A program made the translations under genes and the position numbers. Under the pieces are notes generated by a model. That model saw only the letters and a list, made by a program, of their open reading frames with translations. It made no database searches and had not been told where the DNA came from. DNA of 62,897 nucleotides, the filler included. It is 8 parts of 8 records of this genome, joined end to end, with 100 filler letters (N's around TTAATTAATTAA, not from the genome) between each part and the next. Parts side by side here need not be neighbours in the genome. Positions count along the whole stretch, not along the records: positions 8,316 to 11,943 come from SRR20825010_4801; positions 12,044 to 19,031 come from SRR20825010_4805; positions 19,132 to 22,235 come from SRR20825010_4806; 5 more parts are not named here. One strand, 5' to 3'. Shown in pieces: positions 9,957-19,459 of the stretch. Within the stretch, counting starts at the first letter, position 1, and each line of letters starts with the position of its first letter.

Positions 9957-10099
9957 CATGCTCGTCGAAATCGACATATCGCTGTGATTGATCCACCCGC
10001 CTAATCAGTGCTATCCCTCGCGCCCCGAAAGCCTTGCGGACCTGCATCAGCGCTCGCAAACAGACCTCTAACAATTAAGTGCAGAACGAGTTTCGACGC

Positions 10100-11755
10100 A
10101 TGAAAATGGCGCCCCTCCCCTTTCTGCTTGGCATCGTCGCAGCTGCTCTGATCAGCGTTTGCGTCTGGAAATTCCTCGGTGTTCCCGTCGAAATGACAGA
10201 TGCGCCTGCGGGCAAGGTCCATTGCGTCAGCTACACGCCCTATCGCGGAGCAGAAAGCCCGTTCACACCCGGTTTCCGCGCTGACCCGGCACGCATCAAT
10301 GCCGACTTTGCGCAGCTCTCAAAAATCACGGATTGCGTCCGTATCTACAGCGTGGATCTAGGCCTAGATGCCGCCGTTCCCCTTGCCGCCAAACATGGGA
10401 TTCAGGTTTTACTCGGTATCTGGATCGGTTATAGCGACGACTTCAACAAAGCTCAGATTGCCAAAGCCATCACAGTCGCAAAGGAAAACCCCGAAGCGAT
10501 ACGCGCGATCATTGTGGGCAACGAAGTCATCCTACGTGGCGAGCAACCTGCGTCACGAATCGCCGAATATATGCTCGAAGTGAAAGCAGCAACTGGCCTG
10601 CCCGTCACCTATGCTGACGTCACACATTTTTGGCTCACAGCGCCCACCGAACTCGCAGACGCCGCCGATTTCATCACCATCCATGTCCTGCCTTACTGGG
10701 AAAACGATCCGACTTCGGCCGAAGGCGGCGTCGCCTATCTCGATAGAGTGCGCAAGGAAGCGACAGCACATTTTCCAGACAAGCCTATCTTCATCGGCGA
10801 AACTGGCTTTCCCAGCGCCGGACGCCAGCGTGAAAGCGCAGTGCCTTCAATCGTGTCGCAAGCCAGATATTTGCGGGAATTCGCAGCCTATGCCGAAGAA
10901 GAAGGCTTCGACTACAATCTAATCGAAGCATATGACCAGCCGTGGAAACGTGCTCAGGAAGGCACGGTCGGCGGATCATGGGGCATGTTCACATCGGATC
11001 GTGAAGCAAAGTTCCCCTGGACCGGCCCCGTTGTCGAACATCCACAATGGCGTCTGGAAGCCGGTATCGCCATGGCACTCTCCTTCCTCATTCTGACAAT
11101 CATGGCCTTTCGTGGCGGCAAGCCAGAAGCATTGGGCGGCATGGGTGCAGGCTTCGGCGCTGGCTTTGCAGGCTCAGGCCTTCTCCTGCAGATCGAGCAC
11201 TCCCTTATGGCATGGCGCACACCATCAGAAGCCGCTGCTGAAATCTTTCTTCTCGTTCTATCGATAGCGGTCATAGTCTTTGTCTTGCCGGAAATAACAA
11301 AAAAACGCGCTGCCACCGCACCGCTTTCATTTGCCAAAACATTGAACTTTCTGCGCCATCCCAACCGCACCCAATTAGGCACTGCACTAACGATTGGCCT
11401 GATCCAGCTATTGGTCACCATTGCCGCTCTCGTTGTATCGCTGGGGCTGAGCTTCGATGCGCGTTATCGCGACTTCCCGCTCGCAGCATTCGCGCTGCCC
11501 GCCGTAAGCTTTGCTCTCCTGGCACTTAATCGCGGCGACCAGAAACGCGCGCTGGATGGCCGTCGCGAAGAACTCGTCATAGCTCTGCTATTTGTGATTT
11601 GCACCGGCATGATTGCCGCCAACGAAGGCCCGCTGAACGGGGCCGCCGTCAGCTGGTGTCTTATCAATCTGCTGTTTATTCTGCCCTGGCTTGGTCAGAT
11701 AAAATCTGTTTTCCGCAACCTGCTCACGCGACGCGAGGCATTGCCAAACACGTAA
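10100..11755 (+). CDS. GH17 glucanase/transglycosylase with C-terminal membrane domain (NdvC-like periplasmic beta-glucan protein)
   Basis: CVSYTPY, VGNE, HVLPYWE, GETGFPSAGR, EAYDQPWK, then TM helices with FDARYRDFP; start chosen at ATG 10100. Confidence 0.85.
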   Translation: MKMAPLPFLLGIVAAALISVCVWKFLGVPVEMTDAPAGKVHCVSYTPYRGAESPFTPGFRADPARINADFAQLSKITDCVRIYSVDLGLDAAVPLAAKHGIQVLLGIWIGYSDDFNKAQIAKAITVAKENPEAIRAIIVGNEVILRGEQPASRIAEYMLEVKAATGLPVTYADVTHFWLTAPTELADAADFITIHVLPYWENDPTSAEGGVAYLDRVRKEATAHFPDKPIFIGETGFPSAGRQRESAVPSIVSQARYLREFAAYAEEEGFDYNLIEAYDQPWKRAQEGTVGGSWGMFTSDREAKFPWTGPVVEHPQWRLEAGIAMALSFLILTIMAFRGGKPEALGGMGAGFGAGFAGSGLLLQIEHSLMAWRTPSEAAAEIFLLVLSIAVIVFVLPEITKKRAATAPLSFAKTLNFLRHPNRTQLGTALTIGLIQLLVTIAALVVSLGLSFDARYRDFPLAAFALPAVSFALLALNRGDQKRALDGRREELVIALLFVICTGMIAANEGPLNGAAVSWCLINLLFILPWLGQIKSVFRNLLTRREALPNT

Positions 11756-11943
11756 GCACGAGACCGATGCCTGCCAGATCGGCATTATAAAGCACTAGCC
11801 CCATTACACTGAAAACAAGACCAATCAGAACTGCCGGCCGCCAATGCAGCATCAGGCCAAGCGCACCGCCTACCAGACCGATCTGGCCCCAGCGATAGTC
11901 AATATGCATCAGCAACAATCCATGACGTGGCACACACCACAAC
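11724..11943 (-). CDS. C-terminal part of a small membrane protein (5' truncated)
   Basis: Open hydrophobic frame ...GLVLYNADLAGIGLVLTCLAMPRVA*; overlaps the GH17 gene 3' end convergently. Confidence 0.5.
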
Positions 11944-12043
11944 NNNNNNNNNNNNNNNNNNNNNNNNNNNNNNNNNNNNNNNNNNNNTTAATTAATTAAN
12001 NNNNNNNNNNNNNNNNNNNNNNNNNNNNNNNNNNNNNNNNNNN
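11944..12043. other. Artificial contig-joining spacer
   Basis: N44-TTAATTAATTAA-N44. Confidence 0.98.
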
Positions 12044-12639
12044 ACGCGTCCGAGGCATCGATGTCCGGGCCGGCTTCCGCGGCCGCTTCTGCCGCGGCGG
12101 CCGAGACACCGCTCCGCATCGCGGGCACGCCCGCCGATGCTCCGGCACCCCGCGTGTCGGTGATCGCGTGGTCGGGCTGGATCGCCGCGGCCGCGTGCCT
12201 TGTGGTCGCGGGTCTGACGGTGCTGAACTCGCCGCGTCCTCTGCCCCCGACCGAGGCCCGCAGCCGCTTCCTGCAGACCGCGTCAGACGTGGCCGTGGCT
12301 AACTGGGGCGACTGGGACAATCCGGAGCAGCCCGGCGTGACCGGCACGATCGAGTGGAGCGAGTCGGCGCAGAAGGGCTACATGACCTTCGAGGGGCTCG
12401 CCGTCAACAACCCGACGGTGGAGCAGTACCAGCTCTGGATCATCGACGAGCGCGGGATGGAGCAGCGCATCAGCGGCGCGATCTTCGACGCCGACTCCGA
12501 GGGCCGCGTGGTTGTCGAGGTCGATCCCGCGATCGAGGTCCACAACGCCGCGATGTTCGCTGTCACGATCGAGAAGCCGGAGGGTGTCTGGAACTCTGAC
12601 ATGTCCCGCCGGGTCGTGATCGCGGAGCTGAAAAGCTAG
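12044..12639 (+). CDS. RskA-like anti-sigma factor, TM plus extracytoplasmic domain (5' truncated)
   Basis: GWIAAAACL TM, YQLWII, FAVTIEKPEG. Confidence 0.8.
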
Positions 12640-12674
12640 CCGGCCGGGCCCCCTCGCACAGAAAGCGCACCGCC

Positions 12675-13190
12675 ATGACTATCCGTATCGAACGGTCGGG
12701 CCGGGGGTTCCGGCTCTCGGCCGAGACCCGCCTGCCGCGGACCATCGACGAGGTCTTCCCGTTCTTCGCCGACGCCCGCAATCTCAACACGCTCACCCCC
12801 GCGCGGGTGCGGTTCGAGATCCTGACGCCGGGCGAGATCCCGATGGCGACGGGCACGCTGATCGACTACCGCATCCGCATCCGCGGCGTGCGGGTGCGGT
12901 GGCGCACCCGCATCCGCGACTGGGACCCGCCGCGGGGCTTCGTGGATGAGCAACTCCGCGGACCCTACCGGTGGTGGATCCACCGCCACACCTTCGAGCC
13001 CGACGGCGACACGACGATCGCCCGTGACGAGGTCGAGTACGGGGTCCTCGGCGGGTCGCTCGTGCACGGGCTGTTCGTCAGGCGCGACCTCGAGCACATC
13101 TTCGCGTACCGCGCCGAGCAGATGGAGCAGGTCTTCGGCCGAGCCGCAGACGCCGAGGCGTTCTCATCGCGAGAACCCGTCACGGTGTGA
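12675..13190 (+). CDS. SRPBCC (START-like) family protein
   Basis: VFPFFADARNL..TP, FVDEQLRGPYRWWIHRHTF, IFAYR. Confidence 0.85.
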   Translation: MTIRIERSGRGFRLSAETRLPRTIDEVFPFFADARNLNTLTPARVRFEILTPGEIPMATGTLIDYRIRIRGVRVRWRTRIRDWDPPRGFVDEQLRGPYRWWIHRHTFEPDGDTTIARDEVEYGVLGGSLVHGLFVRRDLEHIFAYRAEQMEQVFGRAADAEAFSSREPVTV

Positions 13191-13191
13191 A

Positions 13192-14955
13192 TCAGCCGGA
13201 GCGCCAGCGCTGCGCGATCGGCACGCGCCGGCCTGTCCCGAAGGCGACGGTGGTGACCTTGATGCCCACGGGCGTCTGCTTGCGCTTGTACTCGTTGATG
13301 TCGATCAGCCGCGTGATGCGGGCGACGAGGTCGCGGTCGAAACCCGTCTCGCGCACGATCGAGGCGACCGCCTGCTTGCGCTCGACGTAGCGATCGACGA
13401 TCTCGTCGAGCACGTCGTAGGGCGGGAGCGAGTCGTCATCGCGCTGGTCGGGCGCGAGCTCGGCGCTGGGGGGTTTCTCGATCGTGCTGATGGGGATGGG
13501 CGGCGTGGCGAAGCCGGCCTCGGCGTGGTGGGCGTTCATCCAGCGGGCGAGGGCGTAGACGCGGAGCTTGGGGACGTCACTGAGCAGCGACAGCCCGCCG
13601 TTCATGTCGCCGTAGAGCGTGCAGTAGCCGACGGCGAGTTCGCTTTTGTTGCCGGTGGTCAGCAGCAGTGCGCCGGTGCGGTTGGAGAGGGCCATGAGGA
13701 TCGTGCCGCGGGCGCGGGACTGGAGGTTCTCTTCGGCGATATCCGGCAGTGCCGAGCCGAGTGCACGCTCGTCGATGGAGGCCATCGCCGGGTCGATCGA
13801 CTCGCGCAGGCCGTCGAAGGGCGGGGCGATGGGCACGGTGATGCATCGAATGCCCAGACGCTTGGCCAGGTCGTCAGCATCGGCGAGCGCGTGGTTGCTG
13901 GAGTACTTGCCCGGCATCGCAACGCCGAGGACATTGTCCGGCCCGAGCGCCGCGGCGGCCAGAGCGCAGGTCACGGCCGAGTCGATCCCGCCGGAGAGGC
14001 CCAGCAGCACCTTGCGGTGCCCGGTCTTGTGCAGATAGTCACGCCCGCCGAGGACCAGGGCGCGGAAGAGCAGCTCGTCTTCTGACTCGGTCAGCGCGGG
14101 GTCGGCGGGCACGTCGCGGCCGCTGTCATCACTCGCGGGCGCGGCGCTCGCAGCATCGGGGACATCCACCATCGTCACCGCGTCCTCGAAGCCGGGGCCG
14201 AAGCCGAGCGGCCGCCCGCCCGCGCCGAAGGCCGCGGCGTGGCCGTCGAAGACCAGATCATCGTTGCCGCCGACCTGATTTGTCGCGAGCACGTTGACGC
14301 TGTGCCGCGTCGCGTGGGCGATGAGGATGTCGCGGTGCCGTCTGCCCTTGCCGAGCACAAAGGGGCTGGCCGAGGGGCTGATGATCGTCTCCGCCCCGGC
14401 CTCGACCAGGGCCGCAACGGGGTCGGCGTCGTGCAGATAGCGCGAGGCGAACCCCGCGTCCTCGCCCTTCCAGAGGTCTTCGCAGATCGAGAGCCCGACG
14501 CGCCGTGTGCCGCCCGATGTCGGCACGTCGATCACCACCGCCCGGTCGCCCGGCACGAAGTAGCGGTGTTCGTCGAAGACGTCGTAGGTGGGCAGGAGGC
14601 GCTTGTCGTAGTAGTCCACCATCGCGCCGTCGCGGTAGGCCAGCAGGCTGTTGGCGATGCCGCTGCCCAGATCGTGGCGTGCGTCGGTGCGGTCAACCGG
14701 GAGCGGGCAGCCGAAGACGAGCGTGAGGCCGGCCGAGTGCCGCTCTCCGAGAGCCTTGGCCGCGTCGGCGCACGCGGCGACGAAGCCCTCGTGCAGCAGC
14801 AGATCGCGGGGCGGGTAGCCGCAGACCGCAAGCTCCGGGAACACGACCAGCTCGGCCCCCTTCGCCCGGGCGTCGTCGATCATCTCGGCCATGCGGGCGG
14901 TGTTGCCCGTAAGGTCGCCGACGGTCGGGTTGAACTGGATGAGAGCGGTTCGCAT
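13192..14955 (-). CDS. nadE: Glutamine-dependent NAD+ synthetase
   Basis: Nitrilase domain (FPEL, KRLLPTYDVFDE, ICED) fused to synthetase domain (GLSGGIDS, ENLQSR, TGNKSE, PPSAEL); start re-set to MRTALIQ at 14955. Confidence 0.95.
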   Translation of the reverse strand: MRTALIQFNPTVGDLTGNTARMAEMIDDARAKGAELVVFPELAVCGYPPRDLLLHEGFVAACADAAKALGERHSAGLTLVFGCPLPVDRTDARHDLGSGIANSLLAYRDGAMVDYYDKRLLPTYDVFDEHRYFVPGDRAVVIDVPTSGGTRRVGLSICEDLWKGEDAGFASRYLHDADPVAALVEAGAETIISPSASPFVLGKGRRHRDILIAHATRHSVNVLATNQVGGNDDLVFDGHAAAFGAGGRPLGFGPGFEDAVTMVDVPDAASAAPASDDSGRDVPADPALTESEDELLFRALVLGGRDYLHKTGHRKVLLGLSGGIDSAVTCALAAAALGPDNVLGVAMPGKYSSNHALADADDLAKRLGIRCITVPIAPPFDGLRESIDPAMASIDERALGSALPDIAEENLQSRARGTILMALSNRTGALLLTTGNKSELAVGYCTLYGDMNGGLSLLSDVPKLRVYALARWMNAHHAEAGFATPPIPISTIEKPPSAELAPDQRDDDSLPPYDVLDEIVDRYVERKQAVASIVRETGFDRDLVARITRLIDINEYKRKQTPVGIKVTTVAFGTGRRVPIAQRWRSG

Positions 14956-15007
14956 GCGGGTTGCAGGAGGGTATTCGCTGCGGCTGGCGCGGGCTCGCGG
15001 CAGTCGA

Positions 15008-16117
15008 TCACTCGATATCCGTGGTGTTGGTTTCCGAGGCGTCGAGAGTGTTCGGCTCGCCCGGGCGTGCGGTCTGGCGGAGCAGCTTGTCCGGCCGGAG
15101 CCACACCAGCCCGGCCGCGGCACCGGCGACGAGCACGATCGACTCGGTGCCGGTAATAAACAGTGTCAGCACCGTGAGCGATCGGGCGACCTCGTCGGCG
15201 GTCTGCCCGGTCGAGGCGGCCAGCCCGAGCGTGCCGGCCATCCACACCGTCCCGGCCTCGCGCGCGCCGAGCATGCCGAAGGGGCTGAGCATGCCGATGA
15301 TGTAGTAGGCGCTCGCAACCAGCACCGCCTCTTCCCAGCCGAAGGCGATGCCGACGATCGAGCCCGCGACGACGAACCGTGCGGACATCACGCCCAGATC
15401 GAGCAGGCGGAACGCGACGCCCCCGGCCATATCAACCGGCGAGGCACCCATGTCCGCGGCCGTATGCATCCGCTCGAAGTGGTCGGTGCGCGCCAGGCGG
15501 CTGACAATGGGCAGACGGACGCCGTCGATGACCTTGTGCAGGCGAGCGAGACCCGCTTCGCCGGAGAAGAGCCTCGAAACCAGCACCAGCGCGGCGCACA
15601 GCACCGCCGCGCCGCCGAGGCAGACCGCCCACCACGTGCCGTCCAGCCCGCGTCGCCAGACGCTCGCGCCCATCGCCGGCACGTAGGCCGCGAGCATGAC
15701 GGTGAACATCACGCCGTACCACGCGCCGATGGTCAGCAGCGGCACATTGTCGCGCCGGTTGTTGATCGCGACGCGTGTGAGCGTGCCGATCTTGAAGGGC
15801 AGGAAGGCCAGGAACGTGCACAGCGCGTTGATCGCGACATGGTCGGCGGCGCGGACCTTCTGCACCGGGCGCAGCGTGATCCAGAACAGCAGGCCGTTGA
15901 TCAGGAGCGTCCCCGCCGAGAGCGCCAGCAGCAGCGCCACCTGCCCGACGCTCGCCTCGCGCAGGCGGGCGAGTTGCTCGCGGTTCTCATCCGAGAGCGC
16001 GACGCGCACGCACCAGCCCATCAGCGCCAGGCCGATCAGGAACCCCACGCTCTGCAGCACCAGCCGCAGCACGCGCCGGGGGCGGGGCGTTGCCTCGGTG
16101 GTGGTGCCGACCGTCAC
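15008..16117 (-). CDS. Flippase-like membrane protein (lysylphosphatidylglycerol-synthase TM domain type)
   Basis: About 8 TM segments, FLPFKIG and PFGMLGAREAG motifs; GTGA overlap with the upstream gene. Confidence 0.7.
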   Translation of the reverse strand: MTVGTTTEATPRPRRVLRLVLQSVGFLIGLALMGWCVRVALSDENREQLARLREASVGQVALLLALSAGTLLINGLLFWITLRPVQKVRAADHVAINALCTFLAFLPFKIGTLTRVAINNRRDNVPLLTIGAWYGVMFTVMLAAYVPAMGASVWRRGLDGTWWAVCLGGAAVLCAALVLVSRLFSGEAGLARLHKVIDGVRLPIVSRLARTDHFERMHTAADMGASPVDMAGGVAFRLLDLGVMSARFVVAGSIVGIAFGWEEAVLVASAYYIIGMLSPFGMLGAREAGTVWMAGTLGLAASTGQTADEVARSLTVLTLFITGTESIVLVAGAAAGLVWLRPDKLLRQTARPGEPNTLDASETNTTDIE

Positions 16118-18261
16118 GGCGAGCCTTCCGGGGCGAGCCGCACGAGGTAGCGGCGTTCATCGGGCCAAACCATCTCGGCCCCGCCCAGATCATCGGTGAA
16201 GGCCCGCAGGCTGTCGGGTGTGACGTCGGGGTCGTACCACCCGCTCTGTTGCAGGCGGCGCAGCTCGCTGTCGTTGACCAGCACCCAGCCGATGCCCTGC
16301 GCGCGCAGGCCGCGTGCGATCGCGGCCGCGTCCGCGGGTGTCTCTCGCAACAACTCGCCCAGCGGCGAGGTGTCGTAGGTGGTGTGGTACACCACGCCGG
16401 GGCCGAAGTAGAGCGGCGTGCTGTCGCCGACCAGCAGCACGAGGCCGCCGTCGAGCGGGCGGGTGTTGCACCATCCGACCGCGGTCAGGGAGGGCTCCTC
16501 CACCTCGCGGTCGGTAAACGCGGCCGGGTAGACCGGCAGGCCGATCCCGGCGTTGCCACCCTGCTGCGAGGCGTAGATACCGATCACGAAGACCGACTGA
16601 GCCGCCACCACAAAGCCCGCCAGCAGCGCCACACCACCCCGCCCGTCCGGCCGGTCGCCCGCGAGCGTGCGGAGCCTCGCGATCGCGAGACCGACAACGG
16701 TTGCGCCGAGCGGCAGCAGCGGCAGCAGGAACCGCGACTGCAGGTGCGTGAAGGCCAGCCACGCGACGACCTGCGCGAGCAGGCACGCCGCGAGCAGGAA
16801 TCCGGTGATGTGGAGCCGCGTTCTGGACAGCAGCAGCACGACGATCGAGCCGAGCGTCAGCACCGGCAGCAGCCCCCATTGCGGGTTGGCCAGCCCCCGG
16901 AACCGTTCCACGGCAGGAGAGCCCGGGGCGGCGGTCGGGCTCGACCAGAGCAGCGTGCGGAGGCGGTCGGCGACCGAGCCGTCGAAAGTGTGGGCGCTCT
17001 GGTAGCGGGCGAGCTGCTCGCCGGTCCAGTGGGCCGAGCCGAGCAGGTCGCTGGCGAACGGGAAAACCGGGTTGCCGCCGTGGAGGGCGTTGCGGACCAG
17101 CCACGGCGCAAGCGTGACCAGCCCGACGACCGCGCCCGCAGCGAGAGCGGGCACGAGCGTCTTGCGCGCGCGCGGCGTCGCGACGATGAGCAGCAGCCCC
17201 GCCGGGACACCGACAAAGAACATCGCGGTCGGCTTGAAGCCGCAGGCGACGCCCACGAGCAGGCCGACGAGCGCTCCACGTGAAACAGGCGACATCCGCT
17301 CCTGCGCGCACACCAGCAGCACGCCGGCCAGCATCGCGTTCACGCCCGCCTCGTTGTAGGCCAGCGAACCGGTGACCACGGCCCAGGGCGTCGCGAGGGT
17401 GAGGCACCCGGCCACAGCGCCGGACCAGCGGGCAATCGGTTCGGTGATGTCGGCCCGCAGGGCGAGGCGCGTCGTTGCGCGCGCGGTGATCCATGCGGTG
17501 GCGACCACGAGCCCGGCGTGGAGGCCCTGGCAGGCGAGCAGGCGCCAGCCATCGCCGGCGACCAGGCCGCGGTCGAGCGGTGCGAGCGTCAGTGCGCCCA
17601 GGTGCGTGAACGCCGACTCGATGTAGCCGGGCAGATAGGAGTAGACGTTGTGCTCGAGCGGGGCGAGTTGCCCGGCACCGAGCCACTCCTGCGGCAGCTG
17701 CAGGTGGTAGCTCAGGGCGTCGAACCCGCCGTATTCGGATCCCCACAGCCAGCCCGGCGGCATGAGTGCGGCGACGACGAGCACCGCGGCTGCGGGCATC
17801 GCCAGCGCCGCGATGACGATCTGCCCGGGACCGAGCCGTGCGGGCGTTGTGCCGGAACGGCTCGCCCGGGCGATCTGTGCCAGCAGCAGCCCGATGCCGA
17901 CGACGCACGACCCGATCGCGGTGACGCTGTTGAGCAGGCCGAGCACGCCGAGGAGGTGGCTCAGCGAGACCATCATCGCCACGCCGACGGCGAGTTGGAC
18001 GGGCACGCTGTCGGGGGAATCCTTCCAGAGCCGGCGGAGCGGCCAGGCGAGGCCGCAGGCGGCGAGGAGGTAGACAAGGCCGGGCCAGAGCGAGCCGAGC
18101 TTGAGCACGAGGCTGCCGAGGGCGACGATGGGCGAGAGGCTGGAGCCGAGCAAGCTGACGACCAGCAGCGAGGCGGCGAGGGCCAGCGCGATCAGGCCGG
18201 GTCCTCGCCAGTGGCTCGCGGACGGGTTGTGCGGCTGTTGGGCCTCGTTTGCGCCGGTCAT
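16114..18261 (-). CDS. GT-C-fold (ArnT/PMT-like) polytopic glycosyltransferase candidate
   Basis: DALSYHL loop motif, GFKPT, PWLVRN..GNPVFP, RFLLP; start re-set to ATG 18261 because the track's extension overlaps the Fur gene. Confidence 0.7.
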   Translation of the reverse strand: MTGANEAQQPHNPSASHWRGPGLIALALAASLLVVSLLGSSLSPIVALGSLVLKLGSLWPGLVYLLAACGLAWPLRRLWKDSPDSVPVQLAVGVAMMVSLSHLLGVLGLLNSVTAIGSCVVGIGLLLAQIARASRSGTTPARLGPGQIVIAALAMPAAAVLVVAALMPPGWLWGSEYGGFDALSYHLQLPQEWLGAGQLAPLEHNVYSYLPGYIESAFTHLGALTLAPLDRGLVAGDGWRLLACQGLHAGLVVATAWITARATTRLALRADITEPIARWSGAVAGCLTLATPWAVVTGSLAYNEAGVNAMLAGVLLVCAQERMSPVSRGALVGLLVGVACGFKPTAMFFVGVPAGLLLIVATPRARKTLVPALAAGAVVGLVTLAPWLVRNALHGGNPVFPFASDLLGSAHWTGEQLARYQSAHTFDGSVADRLRTLLWSSPTAAPGSPAVERFRGLANPQWGLLPVLTLGSIVVLLLSRTRLHITGFLLAACLLAQVVAWLAFTHLQSRFLLPLLPLGATVVGLAIARLRTLAGDRPDGRGGVALLAGFVVAAQSVFVIGIYASQQGGNAGIGLPVYPAAFTDREVEEPSLTAVGWCNTRPLDGGLVLLVGDSTPLYFGPGVVYHTTYDTSPLGELLRETPADAAAIARGLRAQGIGWVLVNDSELRRLQQSGWYDPDVTPDSLRAFTDDLGGAEMVWPDERRYLVRLAPEGSP

Positions 18262-18306
18262 GGGCGGGAGTCTACCCCCGGGGCCCGGTGGTCGTACCAT
18301 TGGGCG
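18262..18306. promoter_or_regulatory. Back-to-back -10 elements for two probably leaderless genes
   Basis: TAGACT (minus, 18269-18274) lies 7 nt before ATG 18261; TACCAT (plus, 18295-18300) lies 6 nt before ATG 18307; no SD on either side. Confidence 0.6.
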
Positions 18307-18786
18307 ATGAGCCCGCCCGCAGAGAGCACCAACCAGACCGGCAACGAGTTCGAGATCCGGATCGAGGAGCCGCTGTGCTCGGTGTTCCGGCGCAAGCTGC
18401 GGGCCGAGGGGCTCAAGTACACGCCTGAGCGCGCGCAGGTGCTCGACGCGATCATCCACTTCGACGGGGTGTTCGAGGCCGAGCGGCTGCTGGACGATCT
18501 GAAGACCAGCAGCTTCCGCGTGAGCAAGGCGACGGTCTACCGCACATTGAAGCTTCTGCAGGACGCGGGGATCATCCAGCGCGTGCTGAGCCAGGACGAC
18601 CACGCGAAGTACCAGCTTGTCTATGGCTCGACGCCGCGGGATCAGCTGGTGCGGCTGGATACGGGCGAGGTGCTCGATCTGGAGCTGCCGGAGCTGGTGG
18701 AGCTTCGCGACCGGATCTGCCGGGAGCACGGGTTGTCGCCTCAGGGGCACCGGTTGCAGGTCTTTGCGGTGGGTGAGGGCGAGTAG
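18307..18786 (+). CDS. Fur-family transcriptional regulator with degenerate metal sites
   Basis: GLKYTPERAQVL and VSKATVYRTLKLLQDAGII winged helix, HRLQVFA tail; C-terminal 159 aa of track ORF 17518..18786. Confidence 0.85.
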   Translation: MSPPAESTNQTGNEFEIRIEEPLCSVFRRKLRAEGLKYTPERAQVLDAIIHFDGVFEAERLLDDLKTSSFRVSKATVYRTLKLLQDAGIIQRVLSQDDHAKYQLVYGSTPRDQLVRLDTGEVLDLELPELVELRDRICREHGLSPQGHRLQVFAVGEGE

Positions 18787-18825
18787 GGACTCGCTGGGAC
18801 ACAGATCGAGTAGCTACCCGAGATA

Positions 18826-18903
18826 GAGCCCCTCGCGCGAGCGAGGGGAGGGTTTGGCGTGCGCGGGGGATGCGGCGATTCCCCTCGCTTGCGCGAGGGG
18901 CTC
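18826..18903. repeat. Inverted REP-like doublet
   Basis: 24-nt unit GAGCCCCTCGC-GCGA-GCGAGGGGA at 18826-18849 and its inverted copy (one mismatch) at 18880-18903. Confidence 0.75.
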
Positions 18904-18941
18904 CAGGCGGAGCGTACATGTGGTGATGGGATCGCGATCGG

Positions 18942-19031
18942 CTACTCGACCTCGTCGAGGTCGCGCTGGTCGAGGGGGCGGCTGATCTCGTGCTGGCCGC
19001 TGAACCACTTGTAGAGGTCGGCCATGCGGGC
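18942..19031 (-). CDS. 3' end of an unidentified gene (truncated)
   Basis: Open frame ARMADLYKWFSGQHEISRPLDQRDLDEVE* with G/C at every third position. Confidence 0.5.
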   Translation of the reverse strand, partial: ARMADLYKWFSGQHEISRPLDQRDLDEVE

Positions 19032-19131
19032 NNNNNNNNNNNNNNNNNNNNNNNNNNNNNNNNNNNNNNNNNNNNTTAATTAATTAANNNNNNNNNNNNN
19101 NNNNNNNNNNNNNNNNNNNNNNNNNNNNNNN
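19032..19131. other. Artificial contig-joining spacer
   Basis: N44-TTAATTAATTAA-N44. Confidence 0.98.
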
Positions 19132-19431
19132 ACAACGACGATACTGTTCGCGGCCGTTATGGGGTTCCTCTGGCTTGGTGTCTCACCGCTTGTCGCCGGA
19201 TCCGTTGTTGAGATGTTCGGTCTGCGCTGGCAAGCAATGATCCAGGGGCTCGCTTTTTTTAGCCACCAGATTGGCAGTTTTTTCGGCGCCTTCGGTGGCG
19301 GCTGGCTGTTTGACCTGCTCGGTTCTTATGATCTGGCGCTGCAAATTGGCGTTGGACTGGGGATTTCAGCCGGTCTGGCGCAAATTATGTTTGCCCTATA
19401 CAGACCGCCCGAGAAACCCCTGCCCGCGTAA
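19132..19431 (+). CDS. MFS transporter, C-terminal part (5' truncated)
   Basis: MGFLWLG..P...FG....GLAFFSHQIGSFFGAFGGGWLFD.LGSYD. Confidence 0.8.
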   Translation, partial: TTTILFAAVMGFLWLGVSPLVAGSVVEMFGLRWQAMIQGLAFFSHQIGSFFGAFGGGWLFDLLGSYDLALQIGVGLGISAGLAQIMFALYRPPEKPLPA

Positions 19432-19459
19432 GCATTTGTAAGAAATGCAATGCGCTCAT

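Noticed and set aside
8320-11755. Functional link between the TacA-like regulator and the GH17 gene
   Set aside because: A strong terminator separates them, and no sigma-54 -24/-12 motif was recognised
12946-18786. Many 300-570 aa overlapping ORFs, and N-terminal extensions of nadE, the GT-C gene and the Fur gene
   Set aside because: Stop-poor frames in very GC-rich DNA, rich in Arg/Ala/Pro; true starts were re-assigned
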